From Paludibacteraceae bacterium (GTDB lineage: Bacteria > Bacteroidota > Bacteroidia > Bacteroidales > Paludibacteraceae): a stretch of 64,000 bases of DNA. A program made the translations under genes and the position numbers. Shown here piece after piece: positions 1 to 9,469 of the stretch. The stretch is taken from positions 17,434 to 81,433 of the forward strand of contig JAZSBO010000024.1 in NCBI GenBank assembly GCA_045602425.1, written 5' to 3'. A model generated the notes under the pieces. It had not been told where the DNA came from and did no database searches. It saw only the letters and a list, made by a program, of their open reading frames with translations. Every line of letters starts with the position of its first letter. Within the stretch, counting starts at the first letter, position 1.

Positions 1-1526
1 AAATGATCGACTATTTTATCCATAAAAAAACGATCATGACTAACAACAATCAAGCATCCTTTAAATTGCTGAAGATATTCCTCTAAAATATTCAACGTTG
101 AAATATCTAAGTCATTGGTAGGCTCATCAAGTACTAAAAAATTTGGATTCTGCATCAAAACTGTACACAAATACAATCGTCTCAATTCTCCTCCACTCAA
201 TTTTGCTACATAATTGTACTGTTGTTCAGGTTCAAACATAAAATGTGTAAGGAATTGAGATGCAGTAACTTTCTTCCCTCCTCCAAAATCAACAACTTCT
301 GCAATCTCACGCACCACATCTATCACTTTTTTTTCTTTATCAAAGCACAACCCACTTTGGCTATAATAGCCAAAACGTACAGACTCTCCAATATCAAAAC
401 GTCCACTATCGACTGGGACTTCCCCTAAAAGCATTTTCAAAAAAGTGGATTTCCCCGTTCCATTCTCACCGATTATTCCCATTTTCTCGTAACGAGAAAA
501 ATTATAATAGAAATTATCTAATATCTTTAGTTTGCCAAAACTTTTACTAACATACTGAACTTCAAATATTTTTGAACCAATATAAATAGATATAGCATCT
601 AACTTCATTCGCTGATCCTCACACCTCAGTTTTGTTTTCATTTCTAATTCTTCAAAAGCATCAATACGGGATTGTGCTTTTGTAGCACGTGCTTGTGGTT
701 GCCGCCTCATCCACTCCAATTCTTTTTTATATAAAGAATTTAGTCGTTTTTGTTCTGCATTAAAATTTACTATTTGCTCTTCTTTTTTGCATAGATAATA
801 ACTATAATTGCCACGAAAGTGATATAAAGTTCTATTATCAATCTCAATAATATCACTACACACTCTATTCAAAAAATAGCGATCATGAGTAACAATAAGT
901 AGTGTCATTTTTGATTTTAGTAGAAATTCTTCGAGCCACTCTACCATTGACAAATCTAAATGATTGGTAGGTTCATCTAAAATCAACAAATCAGGCTCTT
1001 TTATTAACGCATTAGCTAAAGCTAAACGTTTTTGCTGACCACCAGAGAGTTGATATATTGGCTTTTCTAAGTCAAAGATTCCTAATTTTCCTAAAATCTG
1101 CTTTATACGATTTTCATAGTTCCATGCGTTTAAAGCATCCATTTTGGCTAAAAGAAATTCAAAATCTTCAGCATATTCTAAAAAAACATCGGGATTTTTT
1201 TCTTGTATTTGAATAAAATGTTCATACTTCGCAATCGTATGGACCATTTCACTATCAGATGAGAAACATGCATCAAGAACAGTTGTACCATCTAATCTCG
1301 GCACTTGTTCTAAAAATGCGACTCGTATACCATTTTTAAAAACAATTGTACCAGAATCAGCAATATCTTTTCCTGAAAGAAGATTAAGTAAAGAAGTTTT
1401 TCCTTTTCCATTTCGAGCAACCAAAGCGACACGTTGTCCTTCGTGTAACCCAAACGAAATATTTTCAAACAAAACCTTATCACCAAACGATTTTGTCAAA
1501 TTTGCAACTTGTAAATAACTAACCAT
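1..1526 (-). CDS. ABC-F family ATPase (two ABC domains); the C-terminal end runs off the left edge
   Basis: Absent from the ORF track because it is open at the window edge. The reverse-strand ATG at 1524-1526 gives MVSYLQVANLTKSFGDKVLFENISFGLHEGQRVALVARNGKGKTSLL (Walker A). An LSGGQQKRLAL signature lies near 1030-1060. In the same frame the sequence still reads ...LIVVSHDRFFMDKIVDH at position 3. Confidence 0.85.
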   Translation of the reverse strand, partial: MVSYLQVANLTKSFGDKVLFENISFGLHEGQRVALVARNGKGKTSLLNLLSGKDIADSGTIVFKNGIRVAFLEQVPRLDGTTVLDACFSSDSEMVHTIAKYEHFIQIQEKNPDVFLEYAEDFEFLLAKMDALNAWNYENRIKQILGKLGIFDLEKPIYQLSGGQQKRLALANALIKEPDLLILDEPTNHLDLSMVEWLEEFLLKSKMTLLIVTHDRYFLNRVCSDIIEIDNRTLYHFRGNYSYYLCKKEEQIVNFNAEQKRLNSLYKKELEWMRRQPQARATKAQSRIDAFEELEMKTKLRCEDQRMKLDAISIYIGSKIFEVQYVSKSFGKLKILDNFYYNFSRYEKMGIIGENGTGKSTFLKMLLGEVPVDSGRFDIGESVRFGYYSQSGLCFDKEKKVIDVVREIAEVVDFGGGKKVTASQFLTHFMFEPEQQYNYVAKLSGGELRRLYLCTVLMQNPNFLVLDEPTNDLDISTLNILEEYLQQFKGCLIVVSHDRFFMDKIVDH

Positions 1527-1532
1527 AAACAC

Positions 1533-1564
1533 AAAAAAGGTTGAACCATAGTTCAACCTTTTTA
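1533..1564 (-). terminator. Strong hairpin plus U-run: terminator of the upstream gene or attenuator in the ABC-F leader
   Basis: Stem ggttgaac (1539-1546) pairs with gttcaacc (1551-1558), loop cata, flanked by an A-run and a T-run. On the minus strand the T-run ends about 7 nt before the ABC-F ATG. Confidence 0.5.
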
Positions 1565-1584
1565 TCTATAAAATTCTATCAATC

Positions 1585-2253
1585 TTATTTAACATCTCTA
1601 ACCAAACGGAATCCACAACGAATACCACGAACACCACCATAGCAAAGAATACTATCCAATGCTGCGACTTCACATTTAGCAGGTACACTTTTGCATGTTC
1701 CACCTTTCGTGTACACATAATCAGTATTAATAGCTATATCAGATGTCATCTCCGACACATTTCCACTCATATCATAAATACCCAATGCATTTGGCTTTTT
1801 AGTTCCTACAGGATGAGTTTGAGCTTCATTATGCACATCTTGGCTATTATTTTTATACCATGCATACGCATCTAAACTATCAGAAGTTCCTGCATATTTA
1901 TGAAACTGACGATTTGCAGCATTAGCAGCAGTTTCCCATTCTTGACAAGTTGGCAAACGATAACCTGCATTTGTTTTTTCATTCAACTTTTCAATAAACT
2001 CTAAAACTTCCTCATAAGAAACATTTTCAACAGGATAATCATCTCCACTTAAATTGCCAGCAGGCTTTGTGCCCATTACAGCACGCCATTCTTTTTGTGA
2101 AACTTCATATTTTCCTATAAAAAAAGCATCACCCTTACCTGGTGCAACTTTAACCATTTTTATTTTCACCTTACTACCAATTGGCTGATAATCACAAGAA
2201 ACAGCCAAAAATGCAACAAAAACAACCGTTAAAATAAAACTAATTTTTCTCAT
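1585..2253 (-). CDS. FGE/SUMF1-domain (formylglycine-generating-enzyme fold) lipoprotein
   Basis: 222 aa. Signal peptide with lipobox LAVSC. Motifs YPVENVSYEEVLEFIEKLN, YRLPTCQEWE, THPVGTKKPNALGIYDMSGNVSEM and C-terminal GFRLVRD are typical of PF03781-type domains. Confidence 0.8.
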   Translation of the reverse strand: MRKISFILTVVFVAFLAVSCDYQPIGSKVKIKMVKVAPGKGDAFFIGKYEVSQKEWRAVMGTKPAGNLSGDDYPVENVSYEEVLEFIEKLNEKTNAGYRLPTCQEWETAANAANRQFHKYAGTSDSLDAYAWYKNNSQDVHNEAQTHPVGTKKPNALGIYDMSGNVSEMTSDIAINTDYVYTKGGTCKSVPAKCEVAALDSILCYGGVRGIRCGFRLVRDVK

Positions 2254-2282
2254 TTTTATTCTTTATTTTTTTTGATTATTCG

Positions 2283-2290
2283 TACTTTTG
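2283..2290 (+). promoter_or_regulatory. Bacteroidetes -7 promoter motif TACTTTTG
   Basis: Exact match to TAnnTTTG, 76 nt upstream of the GNAT gene ATG (2366). Confidence 0.35.
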
Positions 2291-2307
2291 CTTTAACAAT
2301 AACTCTG

Positions 2308-2315
2308 CAAAGATA
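2308..2315 (-). promoter_or_regulatory. Bacteroidetes -7 promoter motif TATCTTTG
   Basis: The plus strand reads caaagata, so the minus strand reads TATCTTTG, 55 nt upstream of the FGE-domain gene start (2253). Confidence 0.4.
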
Positions 2316-2365
2316 GTTATCTTTTTTAAATACAAATTACTTTTTTATTTTTTTTACAAAAAACG

Positions 2366-2890
2366 ATGAATATTCTTGAAAATGATAAAATCAAATTAAG
2401 AGCACCAGAACCAGAAGATATAGATACAATTTACAATTTAGAGAATAATTCTAATTTTTGGGATATTGCCGACTGCAACGAGCCACTATCTAAATACTTG
2501 ATTAAAAACTATATAGCATACGCAAACAAAACTATCTATGAAAAAAAGCAACAGCGTTTGATGATTGATCTAAAAGCTGAAGGGAAGACAGTAGGTTGTA
2601 TTGATTTATATAATTTTGAACCCATACATCAAAGAGCTGGTGTCGGTATTTTTATTGACGAAACATATCAAAAAAAAGGTATCGCTTTTTCCGCATTAAC
2701 AATTTTAAAAAATTACGCAAAAAATTATCTTCACTTGCACCAATTATATAGCTATATTCCTATTGACAATGAAGCTTGCATTCAACTTTTCAGAAAAGCT
2801 AATTTTAAAGAAATAGGCATTTTAAAAGAGTGGATAAAAACTTACGGAACTCAATACAAAGATGTTTTTATTCTCACAATTTTATTATAA
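2366..2890 (+). CDS. GNAT family N-acetyltransferase (RimJ/RimL-like)
   Basis: 174 aa. Acetyl-CoA binding core QRAGVGIFIDETYQKKGIAFSAL and C-terminal NEACIQLFRKANFKEIGILKEW are typical of Acetyltransf_3-type proteins. Confidence 0.8.
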   Translation: MNILENDKIKLRAPEPEDIDTIYNLENNSNFWDIADCNEPLSKYLIKNYIAYANKTIYEKKQQRLMIDLKAEGKTVGCIDLYNFEPIHQRAGVGIFIDETYQKKGIAFSALTILKNYAKNYLHLHQLYSYIPIDNEACIQLFRKANFKEIGILKEWIKTYGTQYKDVFILTILL

Positions 2891-2895
2891 GTTTT

Positions 2896-3882
2896 TTATT
2901 CAAAAGCACCCATTTTTAATATCTGAACTTCTTTTTCCGTTAAGAAACGCCATTTGCCTCGCGGTAAATTCTTTTTCGTTAAACCTGCAAAAACAGAACG
3001 GTCTAGTTGCTTAACAGTATAACCAATATATTCAAACATTCTACGAACTATACGATTTCGTCCAGAATGAATTTCTACTCCAACTTGGCAATGATCATCA
3101 TTAATATATGAAATTTCATCTACACGAATTTCACCATCATCTAACATAATTCCCCTACACAATTTCTGCATATCATTCTCTGTAATTGGTTTATCCAAAG
3201 TAACTTGATATACTTTTTTCTTATTGAATTTAGGATGTGTAAGCACAGTTGCCAAATCGCCATCATTTGTCAACAACAAAACTCCTGTAGTATTTCTGTC
3301 TAAACGACCTACAGGATAAATACGTTCTGCACATGCACTTTTCACAATATCCATAACCGTAAAACGAGCATGAGGATCATCAGTTGTAGTTACACAATTT
3401 TTAGGTTTATTCAGTAATAAATAAACTTTTTTTTCTGAACGCAATAATTGATCGTGAAACAACACCCTATCTTTTAGTGGGAAGATTTTTGTTCCTAACT
3501 CTGTTACCACTTCACCATTAACAGTAACCACACCTGCTAAAATATATTCATCAGCTTCACGACGCGAACAGACACCTGAATTTGCTATAAACCGATTCAA
3601 ACGTATTGGAGCATTCATATCAACAAAACGTTTTTTATGCTCCAATTGCTTCTTTTTTGAATATACATTCGACGAAAATTCATTTCGTCTCGTGGATTCA
3701 TTTTCTGTAAAACAAGGACGTTTAGAGAAGTGCTTTTTCTCTTGATATTCAGATGATTTTTCTGTATAAAAACATGATGATTTACTATACACTCTTTTAT
3801 CTTGTTGCTCGTTTCTTTTTCGAAAAACACCTTTTTGTGCTTTCGATTTTCTTTCTATTGGCATAAATCTATTTTTTTGCAA
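2896..3882 (-). CDS. rluB: RluB/RsuA-family pseudouridine synthase with S4 domain and a basic N-terminal extension
   Basis: S4 motif IRLNRFIANSGVCSRREADEYI. Catalytic motif GRLDRNTTGVLLLTNDG. The first ~88 residues are Lys/Arg/Ser-rich low complexity. An alternative start is M89, at 3618. Confidence 0.85.
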   Translation of the reverse strand: MQKNRFMPIERKSKAQKGVFRKRNEQQDKRVYSKSSCFYTEKSSEYQEKKHFSKRPCFTENESTRRNEFSSNVYSKKKQLEHKKRFVDMNAPIRLNRFIANSGVCSRREADEYILAGVVTVNGEVVTELGTKIFPLKDRVLFHDQLLRSEKKVYLLLNKPKNCVTTTDDPHARFTVMDIVKSACAERIYPVGRLDRNTTGVLLLTNDGDLATVLTHPKFNKKKVYQVTLDKPITENDMQKLCRGIMLDDGEIRVDEISYINDDHCQVGVEIHSGRNRIVRRMFEYIGYTVKQLDRSVFAGLTKKNLPRGKWRFLTEKEVQILKMGAFE

Positions 3883-3924
3883 AAATAATGCTATTTTATG
3901 AATCTATCCAATAACAATTACAAA

Positions 3925-5223
3925 TCAGTATATTTTCTGTATTTCCGAATTCTTATAATAATGAGCCAATATCTGACGATAATCATACCCTTTCTTGCTC
4001 ATCACTGCTGCACCTATTTGGCAAAGTCCAACGCCATGTCCCCACCCTGCACCATAAAAGATAAAATTAGAGTCATTCTTTTCGACCACAAAAGCAGAAC
4101 TATACAAATGAGACTCCGACAGCCATTTTCTGATTTCAAGCTCCTTCCCAACAACAATGGTAATTTTCGTTCCGACAATTTTTAAATAAGATATTCTTCC
4201 CGAAACGCCTCTTTTTAGTGGAATAATATCCAATATCTCTCCAAAATCATACCCTGAACGTCGCTTTAAAATATCAGCAAGTTGTCGTTCTGTATAAACA
4301 AGTCTCCAACGAAAAAAATCAACCGTAGACTGATCAAAACTATTCAAAACTTGTTGTAATATCTCTTTATCTGAAACATTACAAAAAGATGATGGTGAAG
4401 ACATTATCCATTTTTTCGCATCACTTTCTTTCGTCAAATCCAAATCCAACATTTCCGAAACAGTATCAGGAACTTGATCCAAATATTCAAAATGTTTATC
4501 TCCCCAACACGTATCAAAAGTTTCCGTTGCACCTCCACACGATTTTGAGAAACGAGCATCACAGATTGTACCATTACAAACCAACACCTCTCCTTTTGTT
4601 GCCTCAACTGCTTCTTTCGCAAATGCTGTAGTTATTTTCGTAACACCTTGATAACGTTGGCAATGATCATCGGCACACACATCATAATTCGTATGTTTAT
4701 CACGTTCATACCAACGATTAACAAAAATTTCAGAATCAGTTATATTCAACAAATTTTTCTTATTATAACTCGTTTTATTCTCCTCAAACTGACATAACAA
4801 CCAACTTCTTGATATAACGGCATGAGCTTTCAATAACTCTAAATAGGAAGTTGCACTCATCTCCGAAGAAATTACACTAACCAAATAGTCCTCTACTGAC
4901 AAAATATTTATTGCCATTATAACACCATTCTCAACAATCAATTTCAAGGTTCCACGAAAACGTTGTCTTTCCGTCTGTTGCCAGTGAAAATCAATTCCAA
5001 TTACAACATTGTCTAATTCAAAAAAAGACTCCTCGTAGTTAATAGGTTCTAATATTATTTCATCATAATAACACTCCAAAAACTCAATCTTATCGTCTTT
5101 TACAAAAACTTCATACGCTCCATTACAAATATGATTTTCAAATCGATAATCACCTTTCAATAAAAAAGAGAGATTTGCAGAAGAAACGATGCCTACTGAA
5201 ATTTGCTGTGGAATACGATTCAT
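3925..5223 (-). CDS. SpoIID/LytB domain protein
   Basis: 432 aa. LKAHAVISRSWLL, CADDHCQRYQG and the C-terminal GWGHGVGLCQIGAAVMSKKGYDYRQILAHYY are hallmark SpoIID/LytB motifs. Confidence 0.8.
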   Translation of the reverse strand: MNRIPQQISVGIVSSANLSFLLKGDYRFENHICNGAYEVFVKDDKIEFLECYYDEIILEPINYEESFFELDNVVIGIDFHWQQTERQRFRGTLKLIVENGVIMAINILSVEDYLVSVISSEMSATSYLELLKAHAVISRSWLLCQFEENKTSYNKKNLLNITDSEIFVNRWYERDKHTNYDVCADDHCQRYQGVTKITTAFAKEAVEATKGEVLVCNGTICDARFSKSCGGATETFDTCWGDKHFEYLDQVPDTVSEMLDLDLTKESDAKKWIMSSPSSFCNVSDKEILQQVLNSFDQSTVDFFRWRLVYTERQLADILKRRSGYDFGEILDIIPLKRGVSGRISYLKIVGTKITIVVGKELEIRKWLSESHLYSSAFVVEKNDSNFIFYGAGWGHGVGLCQIGAAVMSKKGYDYRQILAHYYKNSEIQKIY

Positions 5224-6104
5224 AAACTCACTTGTTGGTAAATATCAATAATATCTGTAAGATTTATACGCAAAAAATGTTCTTCTTTCGGCACAACAAA
5301 AACCCCACTCATTTCGGCTGTTCCCGGACTAATCATCAATGCATTAGGCTCTGGTGCATCATATTGCCAAGGTCGAGATTTTTTTCTCGGAAAAACAAAT
5401 ATTTGCCAAATATCTTCAGAAAACGAACACAATATATTCAACATCGGTTGTTGTGTACCAAATAACTGATTTTTTAAATAATCAAACTGCAGACAAGCCG
5501 TTTTCATATCAGATGTTTCTATACAATAAATAGAACGAAAAACGTTATTTATTTTGTATATCACACCATTTTTTTGATTCAGAAAGACAGTTTTATCTAA
5601 ATCAGCGTAACTTGTCAATAATGGAAAAGATTTTTTTTCTGCAGCTTGAAAGTGCAAATGATCTGGTGCAGAAGCACCACAATTTATTCCATTAAAAAAA
5701 ATTGCAAATTTCGGTAATTGTTTTGCAAACAATAGATATTCTAAAAAATGTTCATTTATATCTTGAAATATATGCTCACGATGAGCTATTACCAAATGAT
5801 TCGGAAAAATTGGATAAGGATTGACTTGAATAACATAATTTCCAAAAACAATAGCAAGTTCTTCATCGGGTTGATTTTCTAAACACAAAAAACATTTTCG
5901 TTTAGCAATACTTTCTGCATCAATTTTTGCACCTGTAGAAGCAATTCTCGTCGGATTATACTGCAATATAATTTCTGTTTTTGGCAACAAAAATGTCCGA
6001 GTTTGTATTTGACTTAAATTATCATAATTATCTCTCACAAGCTTCCACACCGAAAGTTGCTTTTCGATAAAAGAATATATTTCTGTTTGTAAATCCATAT
6101 TCAA
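5220..6104 (-). CDS. DUF4922-like protein, GalT branch of the HIT superfamily (nucleotidyltransferase/phosphorylase-like)
   Basis: 294 aa. HxHxQ motif in APDHLHFQAAEK. FLC..N and NPYPIFPNHLVIAHREH resemble Ap4A-phosphorylase / GDP-hexose-phosphorylase type proteins. There is a 4-nt ATGA overlap with the SpoIID gene. Confidence 0.55.
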   Translation of the reverse strand: MNMDLQTEIYSFIEKQLSVWKLVRDNYDNLSQIQTRTFLLPKTEIILQYNPTRIASTGAKIDAESIAKRKCFLCLENQPDEELAIVFGNYVIQVNPYPIFPNHLVIAHREHIFQDINEHFLEYLLFAKQLPKFAIFFNGINCGASAPDHLHFQAAEKKSFPLLTSYADLDKTVFLNQKNGVIYKINNVFRSIYCIETSDMKTACLQFDYLKNQLFGTQQPMLNILCSFSEDIWQIFVFPRKKSRPWQYDAPEPNALMISPGTAEMSGVFVVPKEEHFLRINLTDIIDIYQQVSL

Positions 6105-6162
6105 CTACAAATGTACGACATAAAGTTATTTTTTTGGCCCCTAAAGTTTAATTTTCAATTAA

Positions 6163-7044
6163 ATGATTAAATTTGTAACTTTATTTATTTCTATGAAAAG
6201 AAACGAATGGACTGAGGTAATTAAGCCACACAAAAGTCTACTTAGCATTGACTTTAAAGAAATTTGGCGTTATCGAGATTTATGGACAATGTTCGTAAAA
6301 CGTGATATCATTACTCAATACAAACAAACAATTCTTGGTCCCTTATGGTTCTTCATTCAACCAATAATGACTACTATAATGTACATGGTTGTTTTTGGTG
6401 GCATTGCAGGAATCCCAACCGATGGCATCCCCCAACCTCTATTTTATCTTTCAGGTATATGCCTTTGGCAATATTTTGCAGATTGCTTAAACAAAACCTC
6501 AAATACATTTCTTACTAATGCGGGTATCTTTGGAAAAGTTTATTTTCCTCGTTTAATAGTGCCACTATCAACCGTAACATCATCATTAGTACGTCTTGGT
6601 ATTCAGTCACTTTTATTTATTATGGTTTATTTATATTACACTATTTTTACCAATATCAACATCACACCAAATATTTACATTCTATTCTTCCCTTTGTTGG
6701 TTTTAATGTTAGCAGGACTTTCGTTGGGATTTGGCATCCTTTTTTCCTCGATGACAACAAAATACCGCGACTTAACATTACTATTATCTTTTTTTGTGCA
6801 ACTATGGATGTATGCCACCCCTATAATTTATCCGCTTAATACAATTACTAATGATAAAATTCGTTTTATAATGACCCTAAATCCATTAACATCTATCATA
6901 GAGACTTTTAAATTTGGAACACTTGGTGCAGGGACATTTAGTTGGTGGAGTTTAAGTTATAGCTTTGGATTTATGATAGCCTTATTAACTATTGGTATCA
7001 TTATTTTTAATCGAGTACAACGCAGTTTTATGGATACTGTATAA
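6163..7044 (+). CDS. ABC-2 type (Wzm/TagG-like) polysaccharide exporter permease
   Basis: 293 aa. N-terminal KRDIITQYKQTILGPLWFFIQP motif and six predicted TM segments. The start may be M11 (6193). Confidence 0.75.
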   Translation: MIKFVTLFISMKRNEWTEVIKPHKSLLSIDFKEIWRYRDLWTMFVKRDIITQYKQTILGPLWFFIQPIMTTIMYMVVFGGIAGIPTDGIPQPLFYLSGICLWQYFADCLNKTSNTFLTNAGIFGKVYFPRLIVPLSTVTSSLVRLGIQSLLFIMVYLYYTIFTNINITPNIYILFFPLLVLMLAGLSLGFGILFSSMTTKYRDLTLLLSFFVQLWMYATPIIYPLNTITNDKIRFIMTLNPLTSIIETFKFGTLGAGTFSWWSLSYSFGFMIALLTIGIIIFNRVQRSFMDTV

Positions 7045-7061
7045 TTTTAATACGAATAAAG

Positions 7062-8804
7062 ATGAAAACACTTTTTTATAAAATAATCCTTTTTATTCTT
7101 TTAACATTTTCGACCCAAGTCTTTGGTCAAGAACAATTTTATCCAAAAACCACAGAAAATGGTAAAGAATTTTACCTTTACCAAGTTTCACAGGGGGAAG
7201 GCTTGTTTTCCATCAGTAAAAAATTTGGTGTTACACAAAATGAACTTCACCAATATAATCCTGAAATAGCACAAGGGTTAAAATTTGGAGTTACATTAAA
7301 AATACCCGTAAAAAAACAAGTTTTCTTGCCTAAACAATACAATAACACAACAACTGAAAATAACTACAAAATTCACATAGTAGAAAAATCACAGACACTA
7401 TATTCTATTTCAAAGATTTACAATGTTAGTATAGAAAGTATTCTCGCAATAAATCCAACCTCAAAAAATGGGCTAAAAGTAGGAGAAGAACTAAAAATCC
7501 CTATAACCATTAACAATAATTCAAACAGAGAGCCTATTACAGAGATCGTATCTGATACATCTGTATTCATACCACACAAAGTAAAAAAGAAAGAAACTTT
7601 ATACTCTATTAGTAAAAAATATGGAGTGGACATAAATTCCATTTTAGAATCAAACGACATAAAAGGGACTCTTAAAAAAGGGGATATTTTACGTATTCCC
7701 AAACAAAGGAAAAGCGAGGAATCACCTTCAAACAATGATAGTACAAATACTATTAAACTGACAAATCCGATAATTCAAAATTTTGGGAAAGACACATTAT
7801 CAGACGCTCTACGAATTGCTATACTTTTACCTTTTAAATTAGAAATGGTAGGTGCAGACAAAAATGCAGATAAATTTATTGATTTTTATAGAGGTATTCT
7901 TCTTGCTGTTGATAAAGTTAAAAAACAAGGAATATCTTCCTTATTATATGTATACGACACAGGAACTTCTGAAGAAAAAATAGACTCTTTATTAAAAAAA
8001 GAAGAACTCAAAAATGTAAATTTAATTATAGGACCAGCCTACACAAATCAGATTCAAAAAGTCACTAATTTTGCAAAATTAAATCAGATTTATGTTGTTA
8101 TACCTTTTTCTCAAAAAGTGAAAGACATTGAAACGAATCCATATATCATACAATTTAATTCTCCTCAAAAAACCCAAATAACTATTTCTAAATACAAACT
8201 TTTAGAAAAAATCAAAAACAAACCTATCGCATTAGCATATTTTGACAACAATCAAGATGAAGGAGATGCATTTGCAAACGCTTTATTAGCAGAATGTTTG
8301 GTAAATAAAAAACCTCATTCACGACATTTCATAACAGAACAAAATGCAGATTCGATTTGCCAATTAGCGATTAACAAAAACGCAGTTTTACTTTTAGCAT
8401 CTTCAACTCAAGAACGTGTTAAACCTATTCTACGCATTATTAATAGATATCGTTTAGGAACAAATTTAGAACTTATTGGTTTTGACAATTGGGGATTAAA
8501 TCTTTTAAACGAAAGCAAACCTATTTATTTCTCATCGTTATTTACCCCTAATTCTATTTTTTCAAAAAAATATAAAGAAGAATATGAGAGATATTTTGGT
8601 ATTGCAAATAATGCTTATCCAAATTTTGATCAGTTAGGCTATGACTTGATGTGTAATATGATTGAGGCATTACAGAATAGCAAAAACGAGGACGAATTAC
8701 AATTTCCAACTCTAAACAACGTACAATCCGATATGGATTTCAAAAAAACAACCGCTGATGGAGGATGGATTAATGAACATATTTATTTAATTCATCTTGA
8801 ATAA
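7062..8804 (+). CDS. Secreted protein with three LysM repeats and a periplasmic-binding-protein-like C-terminal domain
   Basis: 580 aa. Signal peptide. LysM-like units YQVSQGEGLFSISKKFGVTQNELHQYN, HIVEKSQTLYSISKIYNVSIESILAIN and HKVKKKETLYSISKKYGVDINSILESN. The C-terminal half has a type-1 PBP-like pattern (RIAILLPF..., IIGPAY). Confidence 0.7.
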   Translation: MKTLFYKIILFILLTFSTQVFGQEQFYPKTTENGKEFYLYQVSQGEGLFSISKKFGVTQNELHQYNPEIAQGLKFGVTLKIPVKKQVFLPKQYNNTTTENNYKIHIVEKSQTLYSISKIYNVSIESILAINPTSKNGLKVGEELKIPITINNNSNREPITEIVSDTSVFIPHKVKKKETLYSISKKYGVDINSILESNDIKGTLKKGDILRIPKQRKSEESPSNNDSTNTIKLTNPIIQNFGKDTLSDALRIAILLPFKLEMVGADKNADKFIDFYRGILLAVDKVKKQGISSLLYVYDTGTSEEKIDSLLKKEELKNVNLIIGPAYTNQIQKVTNFAKLNQIYVVIPFSQKVKDIETNPYIIQFNSPQKTQITISKYKLLEKIKNKPIALAYFDNNQDEGDAFANALLAECLVNKKPHSRHFITEQNADSICQLAINKNAVLLLASSTQERVKPILRIINRYRLGTNLELIGFDNWGLNLLNESKPIYFSSLFTPNSIFSKKYKEEYERYFGIANNAYPNFDQLGYDLMCNMIEALQNSKNEDELQFPTLNNVQSDMDFKKTTADGGWINEHIYLIHLE

Positions 8805-8806
8805 CA

Positions 8807-9469
8807 ATGCGACACAAACTTTTTACTCTTTTATTTATATTATTTTGCACCACTGCCTCTGCCTATACTCCAGAAATAACTTTTGGCACACGGCAAGGCG
8901 TAACATTTAGTACTGTATGGTTCGCACCAGCAGTAAACCAAACCATGCGATTAGGATATATGGGAGGATTCACTTCCCGATTTATTTTAGAGAAATATTT
9001 CGGATTGCAAATTGAACTCAATTATATGCAACGAGGTTGGACAGCGAAAGCTCGCCCTAACGACTCACCTGAATTTAAATATGACAGAGAATTTCACTAT
9101 TTGGAATTACCATTTATGACACATATCTTTTTTGGCAAAAAAAGTTTTCGATGGTTTTTCAATTTAGGGCTAAATTTAAGTTATCTAATTGATGAAAATA
9201 CAACAGCCAAACTACTCGATTCGGAGAAAAGAGCAGAGCATACTCAAGTTGTTTCAAACAAGTTCGATTATGGGATTTGTGGAGGAACAGGATTTGAATT
9301 TCATACAAGAGCTGGAATTTATCAAATAGAAGGACGATATAATTTTGGATTAGGAGATGTTTTCCCGAGTAAAATCACTAACGATTTTGGTCGCTCAAGC
9401 AACCAAGTGATAACTGTCAATCTTGGCATCTTATTCGACATAAATAAAGAAAAATATAAAAAGAGATGA
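8807..9469 (+). CDS. Outer-membrane beta-barrel protein (PorT/OMP_b-brl_2-like)
   Basis: 220 aa. Signal peptide, alternating hydrophobic beta-strand pattern, and [13 protein letters not shown] typical of this family. Confidence 0.6.
   Translation: MRHKLFTLLFILFCTTASAYTPEITFGTRQGVTFSTVWFAPAVNQTMRLGYMGGFTSRFILEKYFGLQIELNYMQRGWTAKARPNDSPEFKYDREFHYLELPFMTHIFFGKKSFRWFFNLGLNLSYLIDENTTAKLLDSEKRAEHTQVVSNKFDYGICGGTGFEFHTRAGIYQIEGRYNFGLGDVFPSKITNDFGRSSNQVITVNLGILFDINKEKYKKR

Noticed and set aside
3615-4631. Small ORFs lie inside or antisense to the RluB and SpoIID genes (3615-3830, 3898-4185, 4389-4631 and 4434-4622).
   Set aside because: They are embedded in well-supported genes, and their products are low-complexity.
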